Positions 1 through 8,648 of a stretch of DNA of 47,496 nucleotides are shown one piece after another. Source of the stretch: Gemmatimonadota bacterium (GTDB lineage Bacteria; Gemmatimonadota; Gemmatimonadetes; Gemmatimonadales; GWC2-71-9); contig JBDHAB010000036.1 of assembly GCA_039588295.1 (NCBI GenBank), positions 1-47,496 of the forward strand, written 5' to 3'. Within the stretch, counting starts at the first letter, position 1. Each line of letters starts with the position of its first letter. Below the pieces are notes generated by a model. The model worked only from the letters and a program-made list of their open reading frames with translations, was not told the DNA's origin and did no database searches. A program made the position numbers and the translations under genes.

Positions 1-1784
1 GTGCCGGGAGGCTCAACCCCCGCCTCGGCGAGATGATCGACGTTGTACATGAGCATCATCGGGTTGGTCTTCCACGGCATGGCGTAGATCCCGCCGTCGG
101 GAAGCCGCATCGGCGCAAGCATCGGTTCGCTGGCGCGCTCGCCGAGGCGAGCGGCGGTGGCCGCCAGTCCGTCGAGGCGAACGAGAGCGCCCGCCCTCAC
201 GAGGCGCCCCAGCAGCCCCGACGACACATTGGAGCAGATGTCCGGGGTCGCGTTCCCTACCACGGCCGCCAACAGGACCTCTTCGGAAGAGCGGCCGGCG
301 GGGATCGGCTGTATTTGCACCTGTATGTCAGGGTGGCGGGCGTTCCACACGTCGGCCAGTTGTCGCGCGAGGCCGACTTCCATTGGATTCGCGGCCGGCC
401 AGTACTTGAGCTCGATCGGGCTCGCGCCTGCTCGCTCCTGAACCGCAAACGTCGCTCCCCGTCGCGACACCGTCACGCGTTCGCCCTGCGGGCCGGCAAA
501 CTCGCGTTCCGCCGCCGCGTCTGCGGGAGATGAGACGATGGGTCCAACGGGACGGTAGCCGAGGTGGACGGCGGCCTCCGGACGAGTGGCCACCGCACCG
601 AGGGCAAGCAGTGCCTCGATGGTCGACTCCGCGCCCGAGTTGCGATTCACCTCGTCGGCTGACGGACCTCCCAGGCCATCGAACGTGCGGCCCGTAACGC
701 TGTCATACATCGTGATCCCGGGCCGGTTGGCCCCCAAGAACCAAGCGGCCATGAGACCGGCCAGGACGTCGTAGCGGGGTTCCCCGGTGGCCTCGGCCAG
801 GGCCAGGTAGCCCTCGACCACGGGGGAAACACCGTAGGCGATCTGCGGGAAGGGCGTCGTGCTTCCGTCTGCGGAGACCGCCGCCGGGACCTCGCCCGCA
901 AGCAGGAACCGCACCCAGAGCTGGTCGCCCTCGCGCTGTGCGGCGGCGACGAGATCGGGTCGGGTAAGCACGCGTCCCGCCAGAGCCAGTGCCTGGGCTG
1001 CACGCGCTCCCCAGGCGTGCCAGACGCCCTCTGCGGGATCGACGCGCGCTCCCCAGGGAGGGGTGTCGGCATCTCCCTGCGCCAGCGGCACAAGCAGGTC
1101 GGCCGTGCGGCCGGCGAGATCGGCGCGCTCCCGTGTCGGTTCGACCTGTTGCAGGGACAGCAGCCCGAGCAGGGCCTCCGCGGTGGCGGTCGCCGATCCA
1201 CCGACCAAGTGTCCGCGCTCGACATCGCGCGCAAGCCTGTGCAGCACACGCTCGAGTGCAGGTCGCAGTGCGTCGACATCCGGGTCGTCAGGACCCAAGA
1301 CCCGGACGGCCTCTCCCATGGCCCACAGTGCGCGAGCCGCCCAGTAGGAAAAGGATTTCCGGCTGGTCGGGGCCGCGTGGTTCGGCGTCCCGTCTGCGTG
1401 GATGAAGTTGAGGAACTCACCGTCCCCCTGCTCCATCGCCGTCACGAACGTCAGGAGACCCAGGGCCTCCTGTTTGGAGCGCGGGTCGGCGGTTCGCTCG
1501 AAGTGCCGCAGGTAGACGACGGCAGCGCGCGCCGCGTCGTCCACGGCGGCGAGTCCCTCGAAGCCATCGCGAGCCGGAGAGCCGATCGGTCGGTAGTCGG
1601 GTGCTTCCGCATAGAGTGCGACGGCGCGTGCGGGCCGTCCCGCCACGGTCACGTCGAAGCCGAGGTGACGCAGGTGGTCCAGGCGCAGCTCGATGGGCTT
1701 GGCACCGGACGGAACGGCTACGGGCGGCGGGCCCTGCCCGCAGCCCAGAACCATCAAGGCCGCGGCGGCGACCGTTGATCTCAC
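1..1784 (-). CDS. Partial (runs off left edge) lipoprotein: N-terminal six-hairpin/(alpha/alpha)-barrel-like domain fused to an ABC sugar extracellular solute-binding domain
   Basis: Absent from the ORF track; translated by hand and open from GTG 1784 to the edge. Signal peptide MRSTVAAAALMVLG-C. N-domain motifs VDDAARAAVVYL and YDSVTGRTFDGL...VNRNSGAESTIEALLAL. C-domain WNARHPDIQVQIQPIPAG...PDIC...GGIYAMPWKTNPMMLMYNVDHLAEAG is typical of carbohydrate SBPs. Confidence 0.8.
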   Translation of the reverse strand, partial: MRSTVAAAALMVLGCGQGPPPVAVPSGAKPIELRLDHLRHLGFDVTVAGRPARAVALYAEAPDYRPIGSPARDGFEGLAAVDDAARAAVVYLRHFERTADPRSKQEALGLLTFVTAMEQGDGEFLNFIHADGTPNHAAPTSRKSFSYWAARALWAMGEAVRVLGPDDPDVDALRPALERVLHRLARDVERGHLVGGSATATAEALLGLLSLQQVEPTRERADLAGRTADLLVPLAQGDADTPPWGARVDPAEGVWHAWGARAAQALALAGRVLTRPDLVAAAQREGDQLWVRFLLAGEVPAAVSADGSTTPFPQIAYGVSPVVEGYLALAEATGEPRYDVLAGLMAAWFLGANRPGITMYDSVTGRTFDGLGGPSADEVNRNSGAESTIEALLALGAVATRPEAAVHLGYRPVGPIVSSPADAAAEREFAGPQGERVTVSRRGATFAVQERAGASPIELKYWPAANPMEVGLARQLADVWNARHPDIQVQIQPIPAGRSSEEVLLAAVVGNATPDICSNVSSGLLGRLVRAGALVRLDGLAATAARLGERASEPMLAPMRLPDGGIYAMPWKTNPMMLMYNVDHLAEAGVEPPG

Positions 1785-1797
1785 AACGGCGCGCCTT

Positions 1798-4305
1798 TCA
1801 CCGCTGCGGCAACCTGTCCAACAAATAGCGAACGGCGACGTCGGTGACGTTCCAGAGTTGGATGTCAGAGCTGGTGCCGTAGCGAACCGGGCGGAGTGTG
1901 CCGCCATCGATGCGGTAGCTCCACAGCTCGTTGTGGCTCAAGCCAGAGGCCTCGACCGCCTCTCCCGTGGTTTCGAGCGCACGACGGAGCGTCTGCACGT
2001 ATGTACGGAATGGGTCGCTCTCGTCTCGCAGTCGACCGGACTCGTCGTAGGCAGCGTCGATCTGATGTGCAAGGCCGAGGAACAGCAGGTTCACCTCACG
2101 GCCCCACACCACGCGCGGCGAGTGGTAGGGGTCGTGGCGAAAGCGCTGCTGCACCGCAGGGCTCGCATACGCATCGTTTACGACGAGTGGTCCCAATCCT
2201 CCCACAAACAGCCCGACGGGATACGGCCGTACGAACACTTCGAGCATTTGCAGCACCGCGGCCGGATCGGTTGTCCCCTGCAGGATCTCCTCGGTGTAAT
2301 CCTCGAGGAAGAGGTCGGTCGCGGGGTCGGTATTGGCAGCGGTGACTGGCCGGCCGTCGCTGTCGAGCGAAAGTGCCAGGAAGGAGAGCGGGCGCTGAGC
2401 AGAAGCCGTTTCGTTGAGGCGTCGTCGCCAGAACTCCCGCTCCGGGCGGGACAGCGGCTCGAGGGATGCGTGCACTCGCCCCAGAATCTCGTCCACGTCC
2501 AAGCGAACCTCGAAGTGCCGGCGGGCTCCCTGCCACGTGGCGATGGCCGCATCGAGCGTCGCTGGCTCACGGAGGTACCGCTCGAGCGCCATGGTGCCAC
2601 CCAGCACGCGCGAAACGGCGTCCCCGGCTGAGAGGCCGAGTTCGTCCACCGTGCGCAGAATGCTCGCTAGGGCCTCCAGCCCTTTGGGAACCCACACCAC
2701 GTTCACATCCATGGCGAAGCGGCCGCCGCCGTAGCCCACCCTACTGTCGCGCCAACTTCCTGGGAGCCACCCTTCGTCATCGCGGTGGAAGAAGCTCACC
2801 AGGTTCGTGGCCGCCGGTCGCTCCCCATAGGGACCCGCGAGCTGGGCCACAAATGCCAGGTTCCGGACCAGCGCCTCAAGTCGTGACTGGCCGGGCACGG
2901 CGGGATCGGTCAGGAAACGCCGCTTCCTCTCTGCCGGCACGTCCGGGCGCGAGAGGTATCGCTCGACGAGGATGGGCAGCTGGAAGTCGTCATCGACCAT
3001 GCGGTAGTTCTCACGGACGGCTTGCAGATTCTCCAGTAGCTTCCGGGCGTCAGTGAGGTGCTCGGCTGCCGCTACCGTGTCGCTCCGACTGGCCTCCTCC
3101 CAGGCACGGATCAGCGCGTTGTACTCCGCGGCGTTCTCGCGGATGGCCTGCCCCCCCAGCGCCTCCTCGTGACTCGCGTTCCCCGTAGGCGACAGCTTGC
3201 GGAGCACGCTCGCGATCACGAGCTCCTGCAGATCGACTGACGCAATCGGCTCGAGCATGAGCACGGACATCATCATGTCACGACCGAAGTACGTCGCGTA
3301 GTTCGGCATGGACGCCATGAGCTTCTCTTCGAAGCTCAGGAGCTCGAGGCCGAGCACCTGGCGCTCGAAGCGCCGGAAGGCAGCGAGCCGTGGATCGCGC
3401 GCGACCTCCGCCGCGGTCAACGCACGACGCAGGCTGTCGGCATTCCTTCGCTGCCGCGCATAATAGTCTTCGAAGCTGTCGTTGAAGAGCCGCTCCCGGC
3501 CGAGCGGCGTCAGGGCACCGGCGTCCGTCGTGACGGCCACGTCGAGCTCGATCTGCGCGCCGGAGCGCGCGCGCACCGAGAGTCGGTCGTTCGAGACGGT
3601 GGCAGTCGAGGTGCTCGGGTCGCCACTCAACTCGAGCGCCAGGTGGTTCCGCCCATCCAGGCTCGTGTGCACGACGAGAAGGGTCCAGGCGGCTTCGGCC
3701 TCCGAGAGCGTGACTTGCGGCTCGAGCCGGGACTCGAGCTCCTCGAGGTCGCGGGCACCCAGGAGCGTGAGATGGCGCCCGCGTTCTTCAGCGGGGAGAC
3801 GCTTGAGGCTAGCGATGAGATCGGTCAGCTCGCGCAGGACGAAGCGTGCATCGCCGTACGGCCTAAGGTGCCAGTCCGCGTATTGAAAATCCCGCTCCTG
3901 GCGCATGGTCCCGAGCAGGAACCAGCCGATCTCGAGCGCTGCGACATCTACGGCGAGTCGGTGCCGCACGATGCGACTTTGCCCCTCCGACTTTGCCACC
4001 GCCCCGGGGCCGCCCCAGACTACGGGTGCCGGACGACCCTCCACGTCGCGGACGGTGAACGCGGCGCTCTCGTTGGCCGCGTCCGCCCACACGTGGACGA
4101 CGCGACCGTCCCGCTGATTGAGATAGACCTGAAACGTGTTGCCGCCGGCATCCCGGAAGAAGCGCGTCGCGTATCCCTCGTACGCCGCCGGGTCATCCAC
4201 GCCGGCCTGGGGAAACTCCAAGACCGGCCTCTGCTCCGCCCCTTGAGGCGCCTGACACGCCTGCAGAAGGACCGGCACGACGAGGAGATATGCGCGCACT
4301 TGCAT
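1798..4305 (-). CDS. Secreted lipoprotein, glycogen-debranching/amylo-alpha-1,6-glucosidase-like (alpha/alpha)6 glycosidase
   Basis: Track ORF 1798..4407; start moved to ATG 4305 (MQVRAYLLVVPVLLQA-C lipobox). Motifs YATYFGRDMMMS, HEEALG, WRDS, YHSPRVVWG and IQLW resemble GDE_C-type barrels. Lies next to a GH13. Confidence 0.6.
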   Translation of the reverse strand: MQVRAYLLVVPVLLQACQAPQGAEQRPVLEFPQAGVDDPAAYEGYATRFFRDAGGNTFQVYLNQRDGRVVHVWADAANESAAFTVRDVEGRPAPVVWGGPGAVAKSEGQSRIVRHRLAVDVAALEIGWFLLGTMRQERDFQYADWHLRPYGDARFVLRELTDLIASLKRLPAEERGRHLTLLGARDLEELESRLEPQVTLSEAEAAWTLLVVHTSLDGRNHLALELSGDPSTSTATVSNDRLSVRARSGAQIELDVAVTTDAGALTPLGRERLFNDSFEDYYARQRRNADSLRRALTAAEVARDPRLAAFRRFERQVLGLELLSFEEKLMASMPNYATYFGRDMMMSVLMLEPIASVDLQELVIASVLRKLSPTGNASHEEALGGQAIRENAAEYNALIRAWEEASRSDTVAAAEHLTDARKLLENLQAVRENYRMVDDDFQLPILVERYLSRPDVPAERKRRFLTDPAVPGQSRLEALVRNLAFVAQLAGPYGERPAATNLVSFFHRDDEGWLPGSWRDSRVGYGGGRFAMDVNVVWVPKGLEALASILRTVDELGLSAGDAVSRVLGGTMALERYLREPATLDAAIATWQGARRHFEVRLDVDEILGRVHASLEPLSRPEREFWRRRLNETASAQRPLSFLALSLDSDGRPVTAANTDPATDLFLEDYTEEILQGTTDPAAVLQMLEVFVRPYPVGLFVGGLGPLVVNDAYASPAVQQRFRHDPYHSPRVVWGREVNLLFLGLAHQIDAAYDESGRLRDESDPFRTYVQTLRRALETTGEAVEASGLSHNELWSYRIDGGTLRPVRYGTSSDIQLWNVTDVAVRYLLDRLPQR

Positions 4306-4483
4306 CGGCGAACCGTCCAAGCCTGGCCAGAGGAAACCGCGACCAGAGTCTGTAATGTACGTGGGGCGCGCGACCTCGGCGACACGATCGGACACGTCCG
4401 ACCCCATTCTTGTTCGTGGGCCAGACCGGGGCTACGTTGTTCACCTCCCAAGCCACCCGCGATCAGTCGGAGGCGTTTGCCGG

Positions 4484-6127
4484 ATGCCAATGCTCCACCG
4501 TTCCATCACCGCGCTCTGCGCCGCGCTCTTCGCCATCCCCACCCCGACCGCTGCGCAGCAGCTGAGTGCGTCCGTCGCCCCCGGCTGGACGCGCGGCACG
4601 GTCTGTTACGAAATCTTTGTCCGCTCGTTCTCCGACAGCGACGGCGACGGCGTCGGCGACCTGAACGGGCTCATCCGGAAGCTCGACTACATCAACGACG
4701 GCGATCCGGATACGCAGCGCGATTTGGGCGCCCGGTGCATCTGGCTCATGCCAGTGACCGAATCGCCGAGCTATCACGGCTATGACGTGACGGACTACTA
4801 CCGCGTCGAGCGCGATTACGGCACGAACGACGATTTCAAACGTCTCGTTGTCGAGGCGCACCGGCGAGGCATTCGCGTGCTGGTGGACCTCGTGTTGAAC
4901 CATGCGTCCAGCGAGCATCCCTTCTTCAAGGATGCGTTGCTCAACCCCGGCTCACCCTACCGCGACTGGTTCATCTGGTTGCCGTCGCATCCCGGCGTTA
5001 AGAACCCCTGGGGTGGCGACAACTGGCACCGCTCGCCCGTGCGTGAGGAGTACTACTACGGGTTCTTCTGGGGAGGCATGCCAGACTTGAACTACGAGAC
5101 GCCCGCCGTCCGCGAGGAGGCGAAGAGGATCGCCACCTTCTGGCTGGAGGAATTGGGGGCCGACGGCTTCCGCCTCGATGCCGTCAAGCACCTGGTAGAG
5201 GAGGACGACGGGAGAGTCGTCGAGCATGTTCCCGCCACGCATGCGTTCCTGCGCGAGTTCGCTGCCCACGTGCGCAGCACCGCGCCCGAGGCGTTCACGA
5301 TCGGCGAAGTGTGGGACAGCATTGGCGCCATGATGCTCTACTATCCAGATCAGCTGGATGCGTATTTCGCCTTCGAGGCGTCGGAAGCGATCATGGAATC
5401 GGTACGCACGGGTTCGGCGAACACGCTCCTCCGCCCGTTCCTGCGGTTGCAGCGCGAACAGCCCGCCCATCGTTGGTCGCCCTTCCTTCGCAACCACGAC
5501 CAGACCCGCTCGCTCACCGCGCTTGGCGGTGACGTCGCACGCGCGAAGGTGGCGGCCACCCTTCTGCTGACGTTACCTGGTCTCCCATTCATCTACTACG
5601 GGGAAGAGATCGGGATGACCGGCGACAAGCCGGACCCGCGCTTGCGGACGCCGATGCAATGGAGCCGCGAGCCCGGCGCCGGCTTCACCGACGGCCTGGT
5701 GTGGGAGCCCCTCCAGCCGGATTCGCTCACCGCGAACGTGGAAGTGCAGGAGGCCGACCCCAACTCCCTGCTCAACCTGTACCGCCGCCTCATCCACCTG
5801 CGGGCGGAGCATCCAGCGCTTGGGATCGGTGAGCTGGTGCCGCTCGCCGCGAGCACGAACGCCGCGGCCGCTTACGTCAGGCGCGACGGGAATAGCGCGG
5901 TGCTCGTGGTGGCCAACTTTGGTGCGACACCGCTCTCAAGTATCAGGCTCTCGTCGGACGGCCGAGTACTCCCGGCAGGCCGGTATGACGCGCAGAACTT
6001 GTTAGGTGGCCCGCAGGGCGCGTCGCTCAGGGTGCGAGGGAACGGGCGGATCGACGGCTACGTCCCGCTGCGATCGCTTGGACCGTTGGAGAGTCACGTC
6101 TTCGAGTTCACTGCGGTTGGGCGGTAA
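4484..6127 (+). CDS. GH13 alpha-amylase family glycoside hydrolase, secreted
   Basis: GH13 conserved regions DLVLNH, GFRLDAVKH, GEVWD, FLRNHD, plus YHGYDVTDY and IYYGEEIGM. GGAGG at 4469-4473 precedes ATG 4484, followed by a signal peptide. Confidence 0.93.
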   Translation: MPMLHRSITALCAALFAIPTPTAAQQLSASVAPGWTRGTVCYEIFVRSFSDSDGDGVGDLNGLIRKLDYINDGDPDTQRDLGARCIWLMPVTESPSYHGYDVTDYYRVERDYGTNDDFKRLVVEAHRRGIRVLVDLVLNHASSEHPFFKDALLNPGSPYRDWFIWLPSHPGVKNPWGGDNWHRSPVREEYYYGFFWGGMPDLNYETPAVREEAKRIATFWLEELGADGFRLDAVKHLVEEDDGRVVEHVPATHAFLREFAAHVRSTAPEAFTIGEVWDSIGAMMLYYPDQLDAYFAFEASEAIMESVRTGSANTLLRPFLRLQREQPAHRWSPFLRNHDQTRSLTALGGDVARAKVAATLLLTLPGLPFIYYGEEIGMTGDKPDPRLRTPMQWSREPGAGFTDGLVWEPLQPDSLTANVEVQEADPNSLLNLYRRLIHLRAEHPALGIGELVPLAASTNAAAAYVRRDGNSAVLVVANFGATPLSSIRLSSDGRVLPAGRYDAQNLLGGPQGASLRVRGNGRIDGYVPLRSLGPLESHVFEFTAVGR

Positions 6128-6136
6128 CGTGGTCGC

Positions 6137-6222
6137 GATTGCAGAGCAGATTGCAGATTGGCGATCGGCGATTGGAGAGGGCCGAGATCAGTCGCTGATC
6201 TGCAGTGTGCAGTCTAGCATCT
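6137..6222. repeat. Imperfect inverted repeat built from 7-nt units (TTGCAGA/TTGGCGA ... TCGCTGA/TCTGCAG)
   Basis: Left arm GCAGATTGCAGATTGGCGATCGGCGATTGG and right arm TCAGTCGCTGATCTGCAGTGTGCAGTCT pair with G-U wobbles, directly after the GH13 stop. Confidence 0.5.
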
Positions 6223-6493
6223 CCTTTGCTCACGAGGAGTAGGTCCATGCCAACCCGACACTCACGACCACCAACAGATTCAAAGGCAGATGTCGGCGGC
6301 CGCCTTGGACGTACTGATCGTTCTTGCGTCTGTAGCGCACGCGGTACGGCAGGGGTTCTCCGCGCGAGCGTTGTCCCGGCATTCTCCGTTGTCCTTTGGC
6401 AGTCCATGCGGTACTTTAGCACGTTTGCCAACCGCGGTTGGCTGTAGGAAAGCAGTGATCCGGTCCTCATCCCGCTAACAAGAACTAGGCGCC

Positions 6494-8095
6494 ATGGGTT
6501 TCTCCGCAATCGACTACATCGTATTTGCCGCCTATGTGCTCCTGATTGTCACGATTGGGCTGTGGGTCTCGCGAGAGAAGCCAGGGCATGAGAAGGACAC
6601 GAAGGACTACTTCCTGGCCGGCAAATCCCTCCCCTGGTGGGCCATCGGTGCGTCGTTGATCGCGTCCAACATCTCGGCCGAGCAGTTCATTGGCATGTCC
6701 GGGTCCGGCTTCCGCCTCGGCCTGGCGATAGCCACCTATGAGTGGATGGCTGCGGTGACCCTGCTGCTGGTCGCGTGGTTCTTCATCCCGATCTACCTCA
6801 AGAAGGGCATCTTCACGATGCCGCAGTTCCTGGAGGTGCGTTACGATAATCGGGTCCGGACGCTCCTGGCGGTGTTCTGGCTGCTGGTCTACGTCTTCGT
6901 CAACCTGACGTCGGTCTTATACCTGGGCGCCCTGGCGCTCGAAGGGATCATGGGAGTGAACCTGTGGGTCGGGGTGATCGGGTTGGCCCTCTTCGCCACG
7001 GCGTACAGTGTCTACGGTGGGTTGAAGGCGGTGGCCTGGACCGACGTGGTGCAGGTCACGTTTCTGGTCGGCGGCGGTTTGCTCACCACGTATCTCGCGC
7101 TTGACGCCTTCGGTGGTGAACAGGGCGCCATCGCCGGGTTTTCCAGGCTGGTTGGCGAAGCGGGCGATCGCTTCAACATGATCCTCTACAGGGACGAGCT
7201 GCTCTACGTCGACGACGCAGGCGTCACGCAGGACGCCTACGATCTCCTGCCGGGTCTGGGCGTGTTGATCGGCGGGATGTGGATCGCCAACCTGTTCTAC
7301 TGGGGGTGCAACCAGTACATCATCCAGCGGACCCTCGCCGCCAAGGACATCAAGGAAGCACAGCGCGGGGTCGCCTTTGCCGGCTACCTGAAGCTTCTTC
7401 TTCCCATGATCGTGGTTGTCCCGGGCATCGTAGCCTACGCGCTGAACGCCCCGATTACCCGCGGTGACGAGGCCTACCCGTGGCTGCTCAACGAATACGT
7501 CGGTCCGGGGTTGAAGGGGCTGACGTTTGCCGCCCTCATCGCCGCGATTGTGTCGTCGCTGGCCTCCATGATGAACAGCACGTCCACCATCTTCACGATG
7601 GACCTCTACCGTCACTACTTCAAGAAGAACGCGCCGGAGCGGGAGCTCGTGCGCGTCGGGCGCATCGTGGCGGTGGTCTGTATGCTCATCGCCGTCCTGC
7701 TCGCCCCGCAACTGGCCTCGCTCGACCAGGTCTTTCAGTACATCCAGGAGTACACGGGCATGGTCAGCCCAGGCGTGCTGGCGATCTTCATGATGGGGTT
7801 GTTCTGGAAGAAGGCCACACCGAATTCGGCGCTGGTGTCCGCCCTCCTCAGCATTCCGCTTTCCTTCTTGATGAAGATCATCTTCCCCAGTCTGCCCTTC
7901 ATCAACCGCATGGGGATTGCCTTCCTGGTCTCGGTGGCGTTGATCGTAGTCATCTCCTACGCGGAAGGAAAAGGCAAGGATGATCCCAAAGGCATTTCAG
8001 TGAGCCGCGACATGCTCGTGACAGATCCGATCTTTGCTGCTGCGGCCTTTGGCATCCTGGGCATCACCACCGCGCTGTACGCGATCTTCTGGTAG
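6494..8095 (+). CDS. Sodium:solute symporter (SSS), vSGLT-like Na+/sugar cotransporter
   Basis: DYFLAGKSLPWWAIGASLIASNISAEQFIGMSG, YGGLKAVAWTDVVQ and NQYIIQRTLAA motifs; many TM helices. Confidence 0.95.
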   Translation: MGFSAIDYIVFAAYVLLIVTIGLWVSREKPGHEKDTKDYFLAGKSLPWWAIGASLIASNISAEQFIGMSGSGFRLGLAIATYEWMAAVTLLLVAWFFIPIYLKKGIFTMPQFLEVRYDNRVRTLLAVFWLLVYVFVNLTSVLYLGALALEGIMGVNLWVGVIGLALFATAYSVYGGLKAVAWTDVVQVTFLVGGGLLTTYLALDAFGGEQGAIAGFSRLVGEAGDRFNMILYRDELLYVDDAGVTQDAYDLLPGLGVLIGGMWIANLFYWGCNQYIIQRTLAAKDIKEAQRGVAFAGYLKLLLPMIVVVPGIVAYALNAPITRGDEAYPWLLNEYVGPGLKGLTFAALIAAIVSSLASMMNSTSTIFTMDLYRHYFKKNAPERELVRVGRIVAVVCMLIAVLLAPQLASLDQVFQYIQEYTGMVSPGVLAIFMMGLFWKKATPNSALVSALLSIPLSFLMKIIFPSLPFINRMGIAFLVSVALIVVISYAEGKGKDDPKGISVSRDMLVTDPIFAAAAFGILGITTALYAIFW

Positions 8096-8648
8096 GGCGT
8101 TGCGAGTGGGAGGAATCGTATCGGGCTCCCGCCCGAAAATCGTTCAGTGCAGTTGGCGGAGGATCTGGCCGAGTGCCGAAAATGGGAGCTACGGTCAACG
8201 GCCGCAGGTTCCGCCGGCGATTCGAAGAAACGGGGAGATTGTCGGACTGCCTCAAGGGGATTCCCACCTACGTGGTGACCCACGCATTGCCAGCATTTCT
8301 GCGTCTCGCCCATCTGCTGGACTCCGGGCAGTAGCGCGGCCTGCAGCTGGGATTAGGACTGGCTACTTGAGACACTCGATTCAGTTCGCGTCGGAGAACT
8401 CCGCTACCGACCGGTAGCAGAACACGGAGCCTCCATTGCCGAAGTCGGTCTTCGGTTGGGCTCCGCGGCTCGTGGCGTGGTCGATGGATCCGGGGGTGCC
8501 GCACGATTGGTCGTGCCATTTGCTCACTCCGGGCGGAGTCTCGCGATTCTGCTGGCGATCGAGTCACGGCAGGCAGGTGACTTCGCCCACCGCTCCGTCG
8601 CCTTGCGCCGCAAATCCACAGAATCTAGCTTGCGTGGCACCCTACTCC

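Noticed and set aside
33..2631. Long plus-strand ORFs (33..533, 1017..1778, 1693..2631) and similar ones opposite other genes (22301..23641, 27012..28421)
   Set aside because: Antisense shadows of real high-GC genes; no motifs of their own.
6247..6447. Small ORF with a GAGGAG RBS before the symporter
   Set aside because: The RBS is good but the product is unrecognisable and competing frames exist; not supportable as a CDS.
8096..8648. 550-bp intergenic region as a possible ncRNA or riboswitch
   Set aside because: No recognisable conserved motif or convincing structure by eye; needs an Rfam search.
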